From the IMG/VR virus record IMGVR_UViG_3300016480_000004: a stretch of 64,000 nt of DNA, one strand, 5' to 3'. Positions 38,216-45,762 of the stretch are shown piece after piece (position 1 is the first letter of the stretch; every line of letters starts with the position of its first letter). Below the pieces are notes generated by a model, which did not search any database, was not told the origin of the DNA, and saw only the letters and a list, made by a program, of their open reading frames with translations. Both the position numbers and the translations under genes were made by a program. Source of the DNA: a virus (Duplodnaviria > Heunggongvirae > Uroviricota > Caudoviricetes > Crassvirales).

Positions 38216-38278
38216 AGTTGAGTAGCTGTGTTTCACAACATGAGCTACTTCTTAATTAACCTTATATAAAACACATTC

Positions 38279-39025
38279 CTAAAATAAACACCATATCTCA
38301 ACACCAAGCATTTTAGCTGCTTCCTTAGCATCCTTAGCATTCTTGAAGTACACAATACCTGCATATTGTACAGTCTTGTGTTCATAGATTGCAATACCAT
38401 TAGTGAGGTCAACCTGAGCAATTACTGATGAACCACCCATAGATGATTTACCAATGAAGTAACCCGTCTTACCTGCACTCATTTCCCATGAACCATTAAG
38501 ATATTTGGCTATGATAGCCAGTTTACCATTAGTCCGTACTTTACTGGCATCACTACGAGGTATAGTGAGACCAAAAGTTCCCTTTTCTACACATGACCTC
38601 ATGTATTCATACCCAAATAGTTCACTCTTTGTATAAGCATTCAATGCTAATGTGCGGAGAATTGGATTACCACTGTTGTACCATTCTCTTGCTTGTTCAA
38701 CAGTTACTGAAATGTTTCTTGCTTCCATGCTATTTCTTTGTTTATCAATATCAAAATCACTACCATTGAGAGGTAATGTACATTTAACTTCTACACCATT
38801 TAATTTATATGGTTCAATAGTTTTAAGAGTGATGCCATTCTGCACCTGAGCTGTACATCTATTCCAACTCACTACTTGTATAGAAGTAGAATATCTGTTA
38901 TCATCAATAATATCACCAGCTTGGATTCTGTCGTAAGGACACAGAAACATATATTGTTTCATCCCTCGAAGCTCTGAATTACTCAACTTTTTGTTTGTAA
39001 AAACTACGTAAATTGTCCTTACCAT
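38279..39025 (-). CDS. Hypothetical protein
   Basis: ORF track. Confidence 0.45.
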   Translation of the reverse strand: MVRTIYVVFTNKKLSNSELRGMKQYMFLCPYDRIQAGDIIDDNRYSTSIQVVSWNRCTAQVQNGITLKTIEPYKLNGVEVKCTLPLNGSDFDIDKQRNSMEARNISVTVEQAREWYNSGNPILRTLALNAYTKSELFGYEYMRSCVEKGTFGLTIPRSDASKVRTNGKLAIIAKYLNGSWEMSAGKTGYFIGKSSMGGSSVIAQVDLTNGIAIYEHKTVQYAGIVYFKNAKDAKEAAKMLGVEIWCLF

Positions 39026-39033
39026 GGTTCGTT

Positions 39034-39261
39034 TTATTTAAATTCGTCAGAATCATTGAGATACTTAGATATTGTAAGCATCTCAAGTTCCTCCTTGTTA
39101 ATAGTTTTATAACACATAAATATAAGTACAGCTATAAGCATTATGCCATAAAAGAAATATCCTTGGTCATAAATACTATCTATACCTATTATAAACATCA
39201 TGATTACAAGGGTAGTCATATATAATAACATACCCTTGATAATTAGTTTAAAGGTTCTCAT
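39034..39261 (-). CDS. Small membrane protein
   Basis: Two hydrophobic helices. Confidence 0.35.
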   Translation of the reverse strand: MRTFKLIIKGMLLYMTTLVIMMFIIGIDSIYDQGYFFYGIMLIAVLIFMCYKTINKEELEMLTISKYLNDSDEFK

Positions 39262-39727
39262 ATTCTAATCTTGGTTTGTTGTTTATGATTATAAACTGAT
39301 GCTTGTGAAGCATGTCATTGAGAGCATCAATATAATACTGTTGTTTATAAGTCTTACACTGGGACTGAATGGATAATTCCCACATATCTAAGACAGTATT
39401 ATATAATGATTCAGTCATCTCCACCTCTAAAGAAAACATATTGCAATCTTCATCCGTATAGTATAAGAAGTAGGATGTTTTACCATTAGTATCTGTTATA
39501 CTCTGCATCGCTTCAATATGCTTAGGACTAAATGATACAGTATCAGATTGTAATGACTCAATATGATTGTACTCTTTATCTATTATCTCTGTTGAAGGAG
39601 TATCTTCTGGGATATAGTTGAAATACTTGTATATACCAAAAGATAGTGTTATTGATATGATAACACATATCATCTTAGTTCCTTTCTTCATTCTCCTACT
39701 CCTTTCTGGTCTTTCATGAATAACCAT
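39248..39727 (-). CDS. Membrane-anchored hypothetical protein
   Basis: N-terminal TM helix. Confidence 0.4.
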   Translation of the reverse strand: MVIHERPERSRRMKKGTKMICVIISITLSFGIYKYFNYIPEDTPSTEIIDKEYNHIESLQSDTVSFSPKHIEAMQSITDTNGKTSYFLYYTDEDCNMFSLEVEMTESLYNTVLDMWELSIQSQCKTYKQQYYIDALNDMLHKHQFIIINNKPRLEYENL

Positions 39728-39788
39728 GCAAAGAATGCAATGACTGATATTACAGTCACTACATTCTCAGTATTTACCATGTCTTCCA

Positions 39789-40058
39789 TTATCTTTTTCT
39801 TTTATATTTAGTGAACTCTTTTCTTGCAATATCACCTTTCTTAAAGGTCTGCATTGTGATGCTATTGTCTGATGTAATTATTATTGACCATTCAAAAGCA
39901 TGTGTCCCAAACAGTGAAACTGTTCTACCTAAAGCGTCTGTAATTGTAGCTCTCAATGTGGAGTCACAATTCTCTCTTTTAAATTTTTTAGCCATGTGTT
40001 TATAAGTTAATTTGTTAATAATTGAAGCACATACTGGACTTGAACCAGTGACCTTCAC
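39789..40058 (-). CDS. Hypothetical protein
   Basis: ORF track. Confidence 0.4.
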   Translation of the reverse strand: MKVTGSSPVCASIINKLTYKHMAKKFKRENCDSTLRATITDALGRTVSLFGTHAFEWSIIITSDNSITMQTFKKGDIARKEFTKYKRKR

Positions 40059-40116
40059 ATAATAATTACCTTTAATTAATTATTATGTTATGCTCTAACC
40101 ACTGAGCTAATGTGCC
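40025..40116 (-). ncRNA. tRNA-like element (92 nt) with a canonical acceptor, D-arm (TAGCTCAGTGGTTAGAGCA) and T-arm, but a 10-bp AT stem with a 10-nt loop in place of the anticodon arm
   Basis: Minus strand: GGCACAT-TA-GCTC-AGTGGTTA-GAGC ... CATAATAATT/AATTATTATG stem ... ACTGG-TTCAAGT-CCAGT-ATGTGCT-T. Its 3' end overlaps the 39789..40058 CDS. Confidence 0.45.
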
Positions 40117-40879
40117 TTTGATTCCTGAGTTTATCTATTTGCAGAGGCGTATTCCTTAAATAGGCTGACGGTCTTTTTATTGTTCCTTTACTCGGGTAAT
40201 AGTTATAAGTCCCTCAGACTTGGCTACTAAGATATACCACCTGTTATAGTGTGTAATAAATTACTTTTCTACTCAGTGGACTCACTATTCAGCATTGCTT
40301 TCACTTATAATATTTCATCTTTCAGGTGGATGTTTTGTTAAGTCCCCTAAGTGGTCAACACATGAAACAGCATCACTCAAATCTTATTCTATTTCCTATA
40401 TTAGTCATTTCTTAACACATTTTAATGGCATGTGTCCTGTCAAATGCTACTATTATTCACATTTGATTGCCTAAATTAGCCCATTGGTATGTACATTATA
40501 TGTATATTTAGAGCATGAGATATGCTCAGTTAAACAATAAGATAATCTGTCCATAAAGATTAGAACAGTAAATATAGCTATTCTATTACTCCTCTTTTGT
40601 TCTTGATATGTCTTTGAATATGGCATAATATGGGAGGATTTGTTACAGACTAACACTCACTCTTCCACACTTTCACACTATCAACAAACATAGAAAGAAA
40701 GAGGATAGAAAGGACATTTAAGATACTATCCTTCATGCACTCTTTTATAATCTTCAAAGCATAAAGAAAGACTACCTAAAGCATACAACTTACTACATCT
40801 GAGCATTAAATCTACTCAACTACTATCTATACTCCAGAAGAGATATGTGATAATATGAGTAGATTGTATCTAACCAGGC

Positions 40880-41072
40880 ACTATTAATGCTCAGAGAAAT
40901 AGTATTGATGCTTGATTAGTGCATTTAAACTAACCTGCATCTGCCTTAAACTTACTATTATATGATACTTAATCTTTCAAAGGGTTTCATATAATAAAAT
41001 AAGTAGCACTCATACCTAATCTTTCAAGGGGTTTGAGAATACTATTAATGCTTAGAAGATACTATTAATGCT
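40880..41072. repeat. Direct repeats in a ~1-kb non-coding region: ACTATTAATGCT x3 (40880, 41041, 41061) and TAATCTTTCAA(A/G)GGGTTT x2 (40970, 41018)
   Basis: Exact 12-mer repeats and a 19-20-mer pair read directly from the sequence. Iteron-like. Confidence 0.6.
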
Positions 41073-41108
41073 CAAAAGAAAACAGAAAGAGGGCAAAGCC
41101 CTCCTTCA

Positions 41109-41429
41109 TTAGAATGTTGCCAGCACTGGTGCACTGCCTGTGCCTTCTTCATGCAGCAACCAGAATGTGCTACCATCAGGTGCTTCAACCTCGCTTACCA
41201 TTGGGTGTGCAGGAATACCCTTCACTGCAACTGCCCCTGTCTTAGAGCCGAAGGTGAAGAACAGTTTGTTGGTCTTAGGATTCTGTTTTACTTGAATCTT
41301 GTCTACTCGTTGAGCTGCTTTAAACTGTTCAACTGTCAATGTCTCGTGGAATGTTAATTGATTGTCCATAATGTAAAATGTTAAATTGTTAATGAATAAA
41401 TTGTTTGACCAACGGGGGTAGAACCCCAC
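41109..41429 (-). CDS. Hypothetical protein (likely start at the internal Met, MDNQ...)
   Basis: ORF track. Confidence 0.4.
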   Translation of the reverse strand: MGFYPRWSNNLFINNLTFYIMDNQLTFHETLTVEQFKAAQRVDKIQVKQNPKTNKLFFTFGSKTGAVAVKGIPAHPMVSEVEAPDGSTFWLLHEEGTGSAPVLATF

Positions 41430-41485
41430 TGGCTAAGTGATGGGGGAGGTGGGGTTGGTGTATATCTCACTCATGACTATGAATC

Positions 41486-41540
41486 AAAAAAAAAAAATTA
41501 AATTATTTGGATATTATCTATTATATACTTATCTTTGACC
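41486..41540 (+). promoter_or_regulatory. Promoter P1: A12 tract, then TTTG (41506) - N20 - TATCTTTG (41530-41537), for gene 41554
   Basis: Matches the Bacteroidota sigma-AB-type consensus TTTG-N19-21-TAnnTTTG. Upstream A-tract (UP-like). Confidence 0.55.
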
Positions 41541-41553
41541 AAAAATTAAAAGT

Positions 41554-41859
41554 ATGAAAAAGAAGAGTTATAATTTATTTGGGAGTACTTGGATAGTACA
41601 GTTTGTAGATGAAGTAGTTGATGAAAATGGTAGGTGGATATTTGGGGAAACAGAGAGTCCTTCAAGGGTAATAACTATTAGCACAAAGAAGCCTGATGGT
41701 AGTAAACTTTCAAAGGATGAAATTGAACTTACTGCCCTACATGAAATAGTACATTCTATATTCCAAACTGGACAATATATGAGTTGTGATAATGATGAAC
41801 CATTAGTAGAATGGACTGCAAGATGTTTAAAAGCCTTAAAAGAACAGCATATTATATAG
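41554..41859 (+). CDS. Small HExxH zinc-metallopeptidase-like protein
   Basis: HEIVH motif. Confidence 0.45.
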   Translation: MKKKSYNLFGSTWIVQFVDEVVDENGRWIFGETESPSRVITISTKKPDGSKLSKDEIELTALHEIVHSIFQTGQYMSCDNDEPLVEWTARCLKALKEQHII

Positions 41860-42237
41860 TCAATAGTTAAACTTTTATAAATAATAATCCAAGATTTTGA
41901 TATGTCATTTATTTTTTGTATGTTTGCACCATAATAATGAGACTACCTATTAGTAGATACATTGGTTCAGCCAACATGGGAAAGTAAAGGATACCATTAG
42001 AAGGGCACAGGTAATGAACCCTTGAGATAACAAAAAGAGTGAAAACTAATAATATATAAACGGGTGTATCTGCTGGTCTATAGGAGTAAGAATCTGGTCA
42101 ATCCAGTCTAATGCAGTGAGAAATGTCTGTAGGGTCTCTTATTATATGAAACTAAAGTTTTACTCCTTATTTACTTTAACTAATTAAGGATAAAATAGGA
42201 GGGAGGGATAACTATACCCAATTTAAAATGAAATAAT

Positions 42238-42387
42238 ATGAAGACAATTAAGAAGATTAAGATTGAAACTATAAATGTAGTTCAATGTGATGGTGCTGTA
42301 TGTATATCTATGAATCATAATGATGATAGGTATTATGCACAAGGAGTTAGTTCAAGAATATTAAATGTAAAGAGATATAAGGTATGA
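42238..42387 (+). CDS. Small ORF (49 aa), overlaps the start of the next gene
   Basis: Manual translation MKTIKKIKIETINVVQCDG...; below the ORF-track size cut-off. Confidence 0.25.
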   Translation: MKTIKKIKIETINVVQCDGAVCISMNHNDDRYYAQGVSSRILNVKRYKV

Positions 42388-42797
42388 ATAAGCTAAAAAG
42401 TAGTTTACTTTGGCTATGGCAATTACCACAGAATTTATGTGGTATAATCTATAGGTCTATATCTGAAGATAATAGAATAAGTGTTGTAGAGACTTATGAC
42501 TCAAGAAGTGTAGGTGCTAAAGTATATTTACAAAAAGCTAATGGTGGCATATCTCTTGGGAAATATATCTTTATTAATCAAGATTACATTGACGAAGAGA
42601 TAGTTATAAAACATGAATGTGGTCATGTAAAACAGAGTAAGATACTTGGTCCTTTATATTTATTGGTTATTGGTATTCCCTCTATACTACATGCTTGGCT
42701 TAATAATTATATTGGGTGTTGTTGGAAGAATGGAGAATATAATTATTATCATTTTTATACTGAAAAATGGGCTAATAAGCTAATGGGTATTGAGTGA
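42384..42797 (+). CDS. HExxH zinc-metallopeptidase-like protein (ImmA/IrrE-like?) with a C-terminal hydrophobic segment
   Basis: HECGH motif. Confidence 0.45.
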   Translation: MNKLKSSLLWLWQLPQNLCGIIYRSISEDNRISVVETYDSRSVGAKVYLQKANGGISLGKYIFINQDYIDEEIVIKHECGHVKQSKILGPLYLLVIGIPSILHAWLNNYIGCCWKNGEYNYYHFYTEKWANKLMGIE

Positions 42798-42865
42798 AGA
42801 TAATTATTCAGCTTATTATCTCAATTCACTTCTGGAGTATTTTCATACTATCTTGAAAATAATTA

Positions 42866-42908
42866 GTGAAAAATTTGCATATATCAAATATTTGACTTAT
42901 CTTTGTAT
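42866..42908 (+). promoter_or_regulatory. Promoter P3: TTTG (42874-77) - N20 - TATCTTTG (42898-42905), driving the tRNA array
   Basis: Same motif and exact 20-nt spacing as P1, P2 and P4. Confidence 0.55.
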
Positions 42909-42930
42909 CATAATTAGAAGATGAGAACAT

Positions 42931-43002
42931 TGTTCCATAGTATAATGGTTATTACACCTGATTTTGGCTCAAGTAATGTAGGTTCAATTCCTGCTGGAAC
43001 AA
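42931..43002 (+). tRNA. tRNA-Gln(TTG)
   Basis: Acceptor TGTTCCA/TGGAACA, T-arm GTAGG-TTCAATT-CCTGC, anticodon loop TTTTGGC. One C-A mismatch in the anticodon stem. Confidence 0.55.
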
Positions 43003-43010
43003 CTATAAAT

Positions 43011-43081
43011 GCCCTGTTGGTGTAATGGAAGCACAAGACTCTTCTAAAGTTTTAGATAAGGTTCGAGTCCTTAATGGGGTA
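43011..43081 (+). tRNA. tRNA-Arg(TCT)
   Basis: D-stem GTGT/GCAC, anticodon arm AGACT-CTTCTAA-AGTTT, T-arm TAAGG-TTCGAGT-CCTTA. Acceptor has 3 GU pairs. Confidence 0.5.
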
Positions 43082-43163
43082 CTTTTGAAGGTGGAATTTT
43101 TTTTTTGTTTCATGATTGTTAAATATTGGACTATCTGGTCTGTGAAGATAGGATAGTCAAAAT

Positions 43164-43236
43164 GGTGGGTTAGTATAGTGGTTAGTACACAAGGTTTTCA
43201 ACCTTGCAGAGAGGGGTTCAAATCCCCTACCCATTA
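43164..43236 (+). tRNA. tRNA-Glu(TTC)
   Basis: D-arm GTAT-AGTGGTTA-GTAC, anticodon arm CAAGG-TTTTCAA-CCTTG, T-arm AGGGG-TTCAAAT-CCCCT. Confidence 0.65.
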
Positions 43237-43241
43237 CAAAT

Positions 43242-43315
43242 AGTCTATTGGTGTAGAGGTTTAACATGTCACACTGTCAATGTGGAGATGGAGGGTTCAA
43301 TTCCCTCATAGACTG
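43242..43315 (+). tRNA. tRNA-Asp(GTC)
   Basis: Perfect acceptor AGTCTAT/ATAGACT, anticodon loop CTGTCAA, T-arm GAGGG-TTCAATT-CCCTC. Confidence 0.65.
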
Positions 43316-43427
43316 CAAAGTAACTATGCAAGAAGTTACTGTTAAGTAACTTGCAATACTTAACACCCTTGATTCTGAAAAATTTTTGAATGCATTAAGA
43401 AAATATAATCAATGTCAATCAAGGTTT

Positions 43428-43500
43428 AGCGAGTTAGAGAAGTAGAGTTCTCATCTCCTGCATAAGGGGAAGACCATTGGTGCAAATCCAATACTCGCAA
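43428..43500 (+). pseudogene. Degenerate tRNA-like sequence (CAT-containing anticodon loop TGCATAA with G33; T-loop TGCAAAT; A1-A72 mismatch)
   Basis: Cloverleaf can be drawn, but the conserved U33 and T54-psi55 positions are not matched. Confidence 0.3.
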
Positions 43501-43504
43501 CTAT

Positions 43505-43596
43505 GGAAGAATAAGCCTAATTGCTAAGGCAGTAGTCTTGAAAACTACTAGTAGTCATTTAAAAGTGATGTGTGAGTTGGAGTCTCACTTCTTCCT
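43505..43596 (+). tRNA. tRNA-Ser(TGA), type II (long variable arm)
   Basis: Perfect acceptor GGAAGAA/TTCTTCC, anticodon arm GTAGT-CTTGAAA-ACTAC, T-arm GTGAG-TTGGAGT-CTCAC. Confidence 0.55.
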
Positions 43597-43600
43597 CAAT

Positions 43601-43687
43601 GGGGGATTAACCCTAATGGTAAGGGAGCAGTTTGCTAAACTGTCAGTAGTCTTAAAGGATGTATAGGTTCAAATCCTATATCCTCCG
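43601..43687 (+). tRNA. tRNA-Ser(GCT), type II
   Basis: Acceptor GGGGGAT/ATCCTCC (1 GU), anticodon arm GCAGT-TTGCTAA-ACTGT, T-arm ATAGG-TTCAAAT-CCTAT. Confidence 0.55.
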
Positions 43688-43693
43688 CAATAT

Positions 43694-43767
43694 AGAGTAG
43701 TTGGGTAATTGGTCAACCCCCTGCATTTGGGATGCAGAAATTGGAAGTTCGAGTCTTCTCTACTCTA
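43694..43767 (+). tRNA. tRNA-Pro(TGG)
   Basis: Perfect acceptor AGAGTAG/CTACTCT, D-stem GGGT/ACCC, anticodon arm CTGCA-TTTGGGA-TGCAG. Confidence 0.65.
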
Positions 43768-43773
43768 CAAATG

Positions 43774-43846
43774 GGTCATGTAGTGTAAATGGATAACACA
43801 CCACTTTTGCAAAGTGGAGTTGGGGTTCAAGTCCCACATGTATCCA
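43774..43846 (+). tRNA. tRNA-Ala(TGC)-like; anticodon arm clear, acceptor and T-stem not resolved
   Basis: CCACT-TTTGCAA-AGTGG anticodon arm and a GGGGTTCAAGTCCC T-loop region, but no clean acceptor pairing could be drawn by hand. Confidence 0.3.
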
Positions 43847-43918
43847 CTGTTTCGTGTTTTCATAATGTTTGTTTTTTTTTTTTTTACAGGTTTTGGGCAC
43901 ACCTTAAGTGCCCTATAC

Positions 43919-43992
43919 TGCTCCTTAGTTCAGTGGTTTAGAATAGCACTTTTACAAAGTGAAGGTCATTAGTTCGATTCTAATAGGAGCAA
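43919..43992 (+). tRNA. tRNA-Val(TAC)
   Basis: Perfect acceptor TGCTCCT/AGGAGCA, anticodon loop TTTACAA, T-arm ATTAG-TTCGATT-CTAAT. Confidence 0.6.
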
Positions 43993-44001
43993 CATTTAAT
44001 T

Positions 44002-44072
44002 GGGAGTATAGCTCGAAGGTCGAGCACTTGACTGTTAATCAATAGGTGAAAGTTCGATTCTTTCTATTCCCG
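44002..44072 (+). tRNA. tRNA-Asn(GTT)
   Basis: Acceptor GGGAGTA/TATTCCC, D-stem GCTC/GAGC, anticodon loop CTGTTAA, T-arm GAAAG-TTCGATT-CTTTC. Confidence 0.65.
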
Positions 44073-44093
44073 CAGATTTAAAGAGTAAAAGTC

Positions 44094-44426
44094 ATGAAAG
44101 AAATTAGAAGTAAAAGGATTGTTGAGGATAGAAGTAAGGTGAAAGCAGTTCACTTTAAATATCCTGAAATGATGAATGAAAATGCTCAGAAAGAGATTAA
44201 GAATGATTATAATGAATTATTATCTCTTGAAGAGAAACTCTATAATGCAAGAGAGGTTGTTAGAGAGTGTGAAAAGAAACTTGCAGAAAAGAAAAAGAAG
44301 TTTGAAGAAAAGACTTTGTTATGTACATTAGAGTTTGAAACAAGGGAGAAAGAAGTAGTAAATTATAAATCTCAGGTTCTATTCAAAGGTATGGGTAATG
44401 ATACCTTAGGTCATTATAGTACATAA
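44094..44426 (+). CDS. Hypothetical coiled-coil protein embedded in the tRNA array
   Basis: ORF track. Confidence 0.4.
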   Translation: MKEIRSKRIVEDRSKVKAVHFKYPEMMNENAQKEIKNDYNELLSLEEKLYNAREVVRECEKKLAEKKKKFEEKTLLCTLEFETREKEVVNYKSQVLFKGMGNDTLGHYST

Positions 44427-44429
44427 TAT

Positions 44430-44500
44430 GTATCCTTAGTTTAATGGTAGAATGATGGTCTCCAAAACCATAGGTAGTAGTTCGATTCTATTAGGGTATG
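44430..44500 (+). tRNA. tRNA-Trp(CCA)
   Basis: Anticodon arm ATGGT-CTCCAAA-ACCAT (canonical Trp loop), T-arm AGTAG-TTCGATT-CTATT. Acceptor has 2 GU pairs. Confidence 0.55.
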
Positions 44501-44583
44501 CTACATTGAGTTGTATCTCCTCTGCCTGATAAGCAGTTGAAAGAGTAATTGGTCACATGTGGGTTCAATTCCCACCTTCTCAA
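44501..44583 (+). tRNA. tRNA-like, unresolved (Ile-GAT-like anticodon hairpin plus a good T-arm GTGGG-TTCAATT-CCCAC, poor acceptor)
   Basis: T-arm and a CTGATAA loop hairpin are present, but a standard cloverleaf with a paired acceptor could not be drawn. Confidence 0.25.
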
Positions 44584-44590
44584 CTTATAT

Positions 44591-44663
44591 TCTGATATAC
44601 TTCAACAGGTAGAAGGCTGCTCTCATAAGGCAGTAGTTATAGGTTCAAGTCCTATTATCAGAA
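44591..44663 (+). tRNA. tRNA-Met(CAT)
   Basis: Perfect acceptor TCTGATA/TATCAGA, D-stem CTTC/GAAG, anticodon arm CTGCT-CTCATAA-GGCAG. Confidence 0.6.
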
Positions 44664-44664
44664 C

Positions 44665-44734
44665 TGTGTAGTGCTATAGGTATAGAGGATAGACTGTGAA
44701 TCTATTTTATAGGGTTCGATTCCCTACTACACCC
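44665..44734 (+). tRNA. tRNA-His(GTG)
   Basis: Anticodon arm ATAGA-CTGTGAA-TCTAT, T-arm TAGGG-TTCGATT-CCCTA. Acceptor has 6 bp plus a 1:72 mismatch. Short D-loop. Confidence 0.5.
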
Positions 44735-44749
44735 TTTTATTTTAAAAAA

Positions 44750-44823
44750 GCTGAGGTAGCATAATTGGTAAATGCAGATGGCTTATATCCATCAGACAGT
44801 GGGTTCAAATCCTACTCTCAGTA
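44750..44823 (+). tRNA. tRNA-Ile(TAT) (AUA decoder)
   Basis: D-stem GCAT/ATGC, anticodon arm GATGG-CTTATAT-CCATC, T-arm GTGGG-TTCAAAT-CCTAC. Confidence 0.55.
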
Positions 44824-44928
44824 CTATATGCAGAGGTAGACAGGGAAGTTTAATTGAAAAAGATTACTGAGTAGCCAAGAGTTGTAGGTGCACAAGACTT
44901 TTGAAGAGTAAAAGTAATTGAAGTAGAG

Positions 44929-45001
44929 TATATTTCTGGTGTGGTCTGTCAAAGCAAGGCAGGTACAACCTTGTACAGTGGTTCAACTCCACTCCTCTGA
45001 G
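44929..45001 (+). pseudogene. tRNA 3'-half-like fragment (T-arm AGTGG-TTCAACT-CCACT + CCTCTGA); no matching 5' acceptor found
   Basis: Only the T-arm and 3' acceptor strand are recognisable. Upstream sequence 44824-44976 forms other hairpins. Confidence 0.25.
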
Positions 45002-45005
45002 CTAC

Positions 45006-45078
45006 CTCCAGTTGTCTGAATGGTTGAGGTCCCAGTCTGCAAAACTGTGGTATGGGAGTTCAAGTCTCCCACTGGAGT
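45006..45078 (+). tRNA. tRNA-Cys(GCA)
   Basis: Perfect acceptor CTCCAGT/ACTGGAG, anticodon loop CTGCAAA, T-arm GGGAG-TTCAAGT-CTCCC. Confidence 0.55.
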
Positions 45079-45088
45079 CTTATTAAAT

Positions 45089-45161
45089 GCCTCTATAGCT
45101 GAATGGTTAAAGCTGCTCCCTCTTAAGGAGAAGATTCTAAGTTCGATTCTTAGTGGAGGTA
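45089..45161 (+). tRNA. tRNA-Lys(CTT)
   Basis: Anticodon loop CTCTTAA, T-arm CTAAG-TTCGATT-CTTAG. Confidence 0.6.
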
Positions 45162-45166
45162 CATAC

Positions 45167-45238
45167 TCCCCTATAGCAGACAGGTGTAGGCAATAGACTT
45201 TTAATCTATGAGGTGAGGTTCAATTCCTCATGGGGGAA
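45167..45238 (+). tRNA. tRNA-Lys(TTT)
   Basis: Anticodon arm ATAGA-CTTTTAA-TCTAT, T-arm TGAGG-TTCAATT-CCTCA. Confidence 0.55.
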
Positions 45239-45248
45239 CAAATATAAT

Positions 45249-45343
45249 GGGTACATAACATCAGCAGACTGTAAATCTGCCCTCCTTTATCAAATTGATG
45301 TAATGGACTTTGGAGTAGGGGAGTTCGAGTCTCTCTGTGCCCA
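45249..45343 (+). tRNA. tRNA-Tyr(GTA)-like, atypical (95 nt)
   Basis: Acceptor GGGTACA/TGTGCCC, T-arm GGGAG-TTCGAGT-CTCTC, and an anticodon arm GCAGA-CTGTAAA-TCTGC identical to E. coli tRNA-Tyr. It sits only 8 nt after the acceptor, with no room for a D-arm, and is followed by ~38 extra nt. Confidence 0.3.
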
Positions 45344-45352
45344 CTTATTAAT

Positions 45353-45425
45353 GGAAATTTAGCAAAGGTGGTATATGCGGGGGACTGAAAATCCTTAGAT
45401 AATGGTTCAACTCCATTAGTTTCCA
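45353..45425 (+). tRNA. tRNA-Phe(GAA)
   Basis: Acceptor GGAAATT/AGTTTCC, anticodon loop CTGAAAA, T-arm AATGG-TTCAACT-CCATT. Confidence 0.65.
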
Positions 45426-45439
45426 CAAAACAATGAATT

Positions 45440-45607
45440 ATGGATAAGGTTTTATATAATTGGTTAGAAAAACAATTCTATCATGATAATCACAAGAGGT
45501 ATCACAAGTACTTTAAGGAGTGGATAGATAATGTAACTGATTCTCAAATTCAATATTTTGAGAAGCAAAGAATAAATGTTCTAACTGGGGCTATGATTCA
45601 ACACTAA
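45440..45607 (+). CDS. Small ORF (55 aa) inside the tRNA array
   Basis: Manual translation MDKVLYNWLEKQFYHDNHKRYHKYFKEWIDNVTDSQIQYFEKQRINVLTGAMIQH. Confidence 0.3.
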   Translation: MDKVLYNWLEKQFYHDNHKRYHKYFKEWIDNVTDSQIQYFEKQRINVLTGAMIQH

Positions 45608-45608
45608 T

Positions 45609-45683
45609 GCCCTCATGGTGAAATGGTTAAGACACGTCTGATTTAGGCTCAGAAGGCTGTAGGTTCGACTCCTACTGAGGGTA
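45609..45683 (+). tRNA. tRNA-Leu(TAG), class-I-like (short 5-nt variable loop, 12-nt D-loop, G37, A73)
   Basis: Acceptor GCCCTCA/TGAGGGT, anticodon arm TCTGA-TTTAGGC-TCAGA, T-arm GTAGG-TTCGACT-CCTAC. Confidence 0.5.
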
Positions 45684-45684
45684 C

Positions 45685-45745
45685 AAAAAAAAAAAAATAT
45701 GCAGATTTACTTGCATATATAAATTATAATACATATCTTTGTAAC
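45685..45745 (+). promoter_or_regulatory. Promoter P2: A13 tract, then TTG (45711-13) - N20 - TATCTTTG (45734-41), for gene 45763
   Basis: Same motif and spacing as P1, P3 and P4. Confidence 0.55.
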
Positions 45746-45762
45746 ATCAAAATTAAAACAGT

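Noticed and set aside
43329-43358. Imperfect hairpin GCAAG(AAG)TTACT-GTTA-AGTAACTTGC after tRNA-Asp, considered as a terminator.
   Set aside because: No downstream T-run, and the stem has a 3-nt bulge. It may be a processing site but is not convincing enough to list as a feature.
44929-45001. The tRNA 3' half (T-arm + acceptor) considered as a possible prophage attachment core (att sites often duplicate tRNA 3' ends).
   Set aside because: No integrase gene or matching direct repeat was seen in the window. A decayed tRNA in a tandem array is the simpler explanation. It is kept only as a low-confidence pseudogene feature.
45220-45426. Minus-strand ORFs 45220..45426 and 46257..46490 inside the tRNA array.
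   Set aside because: Both are entirely overlapped by well-folded plus-strand tRNA genes. They are most likely spurious.
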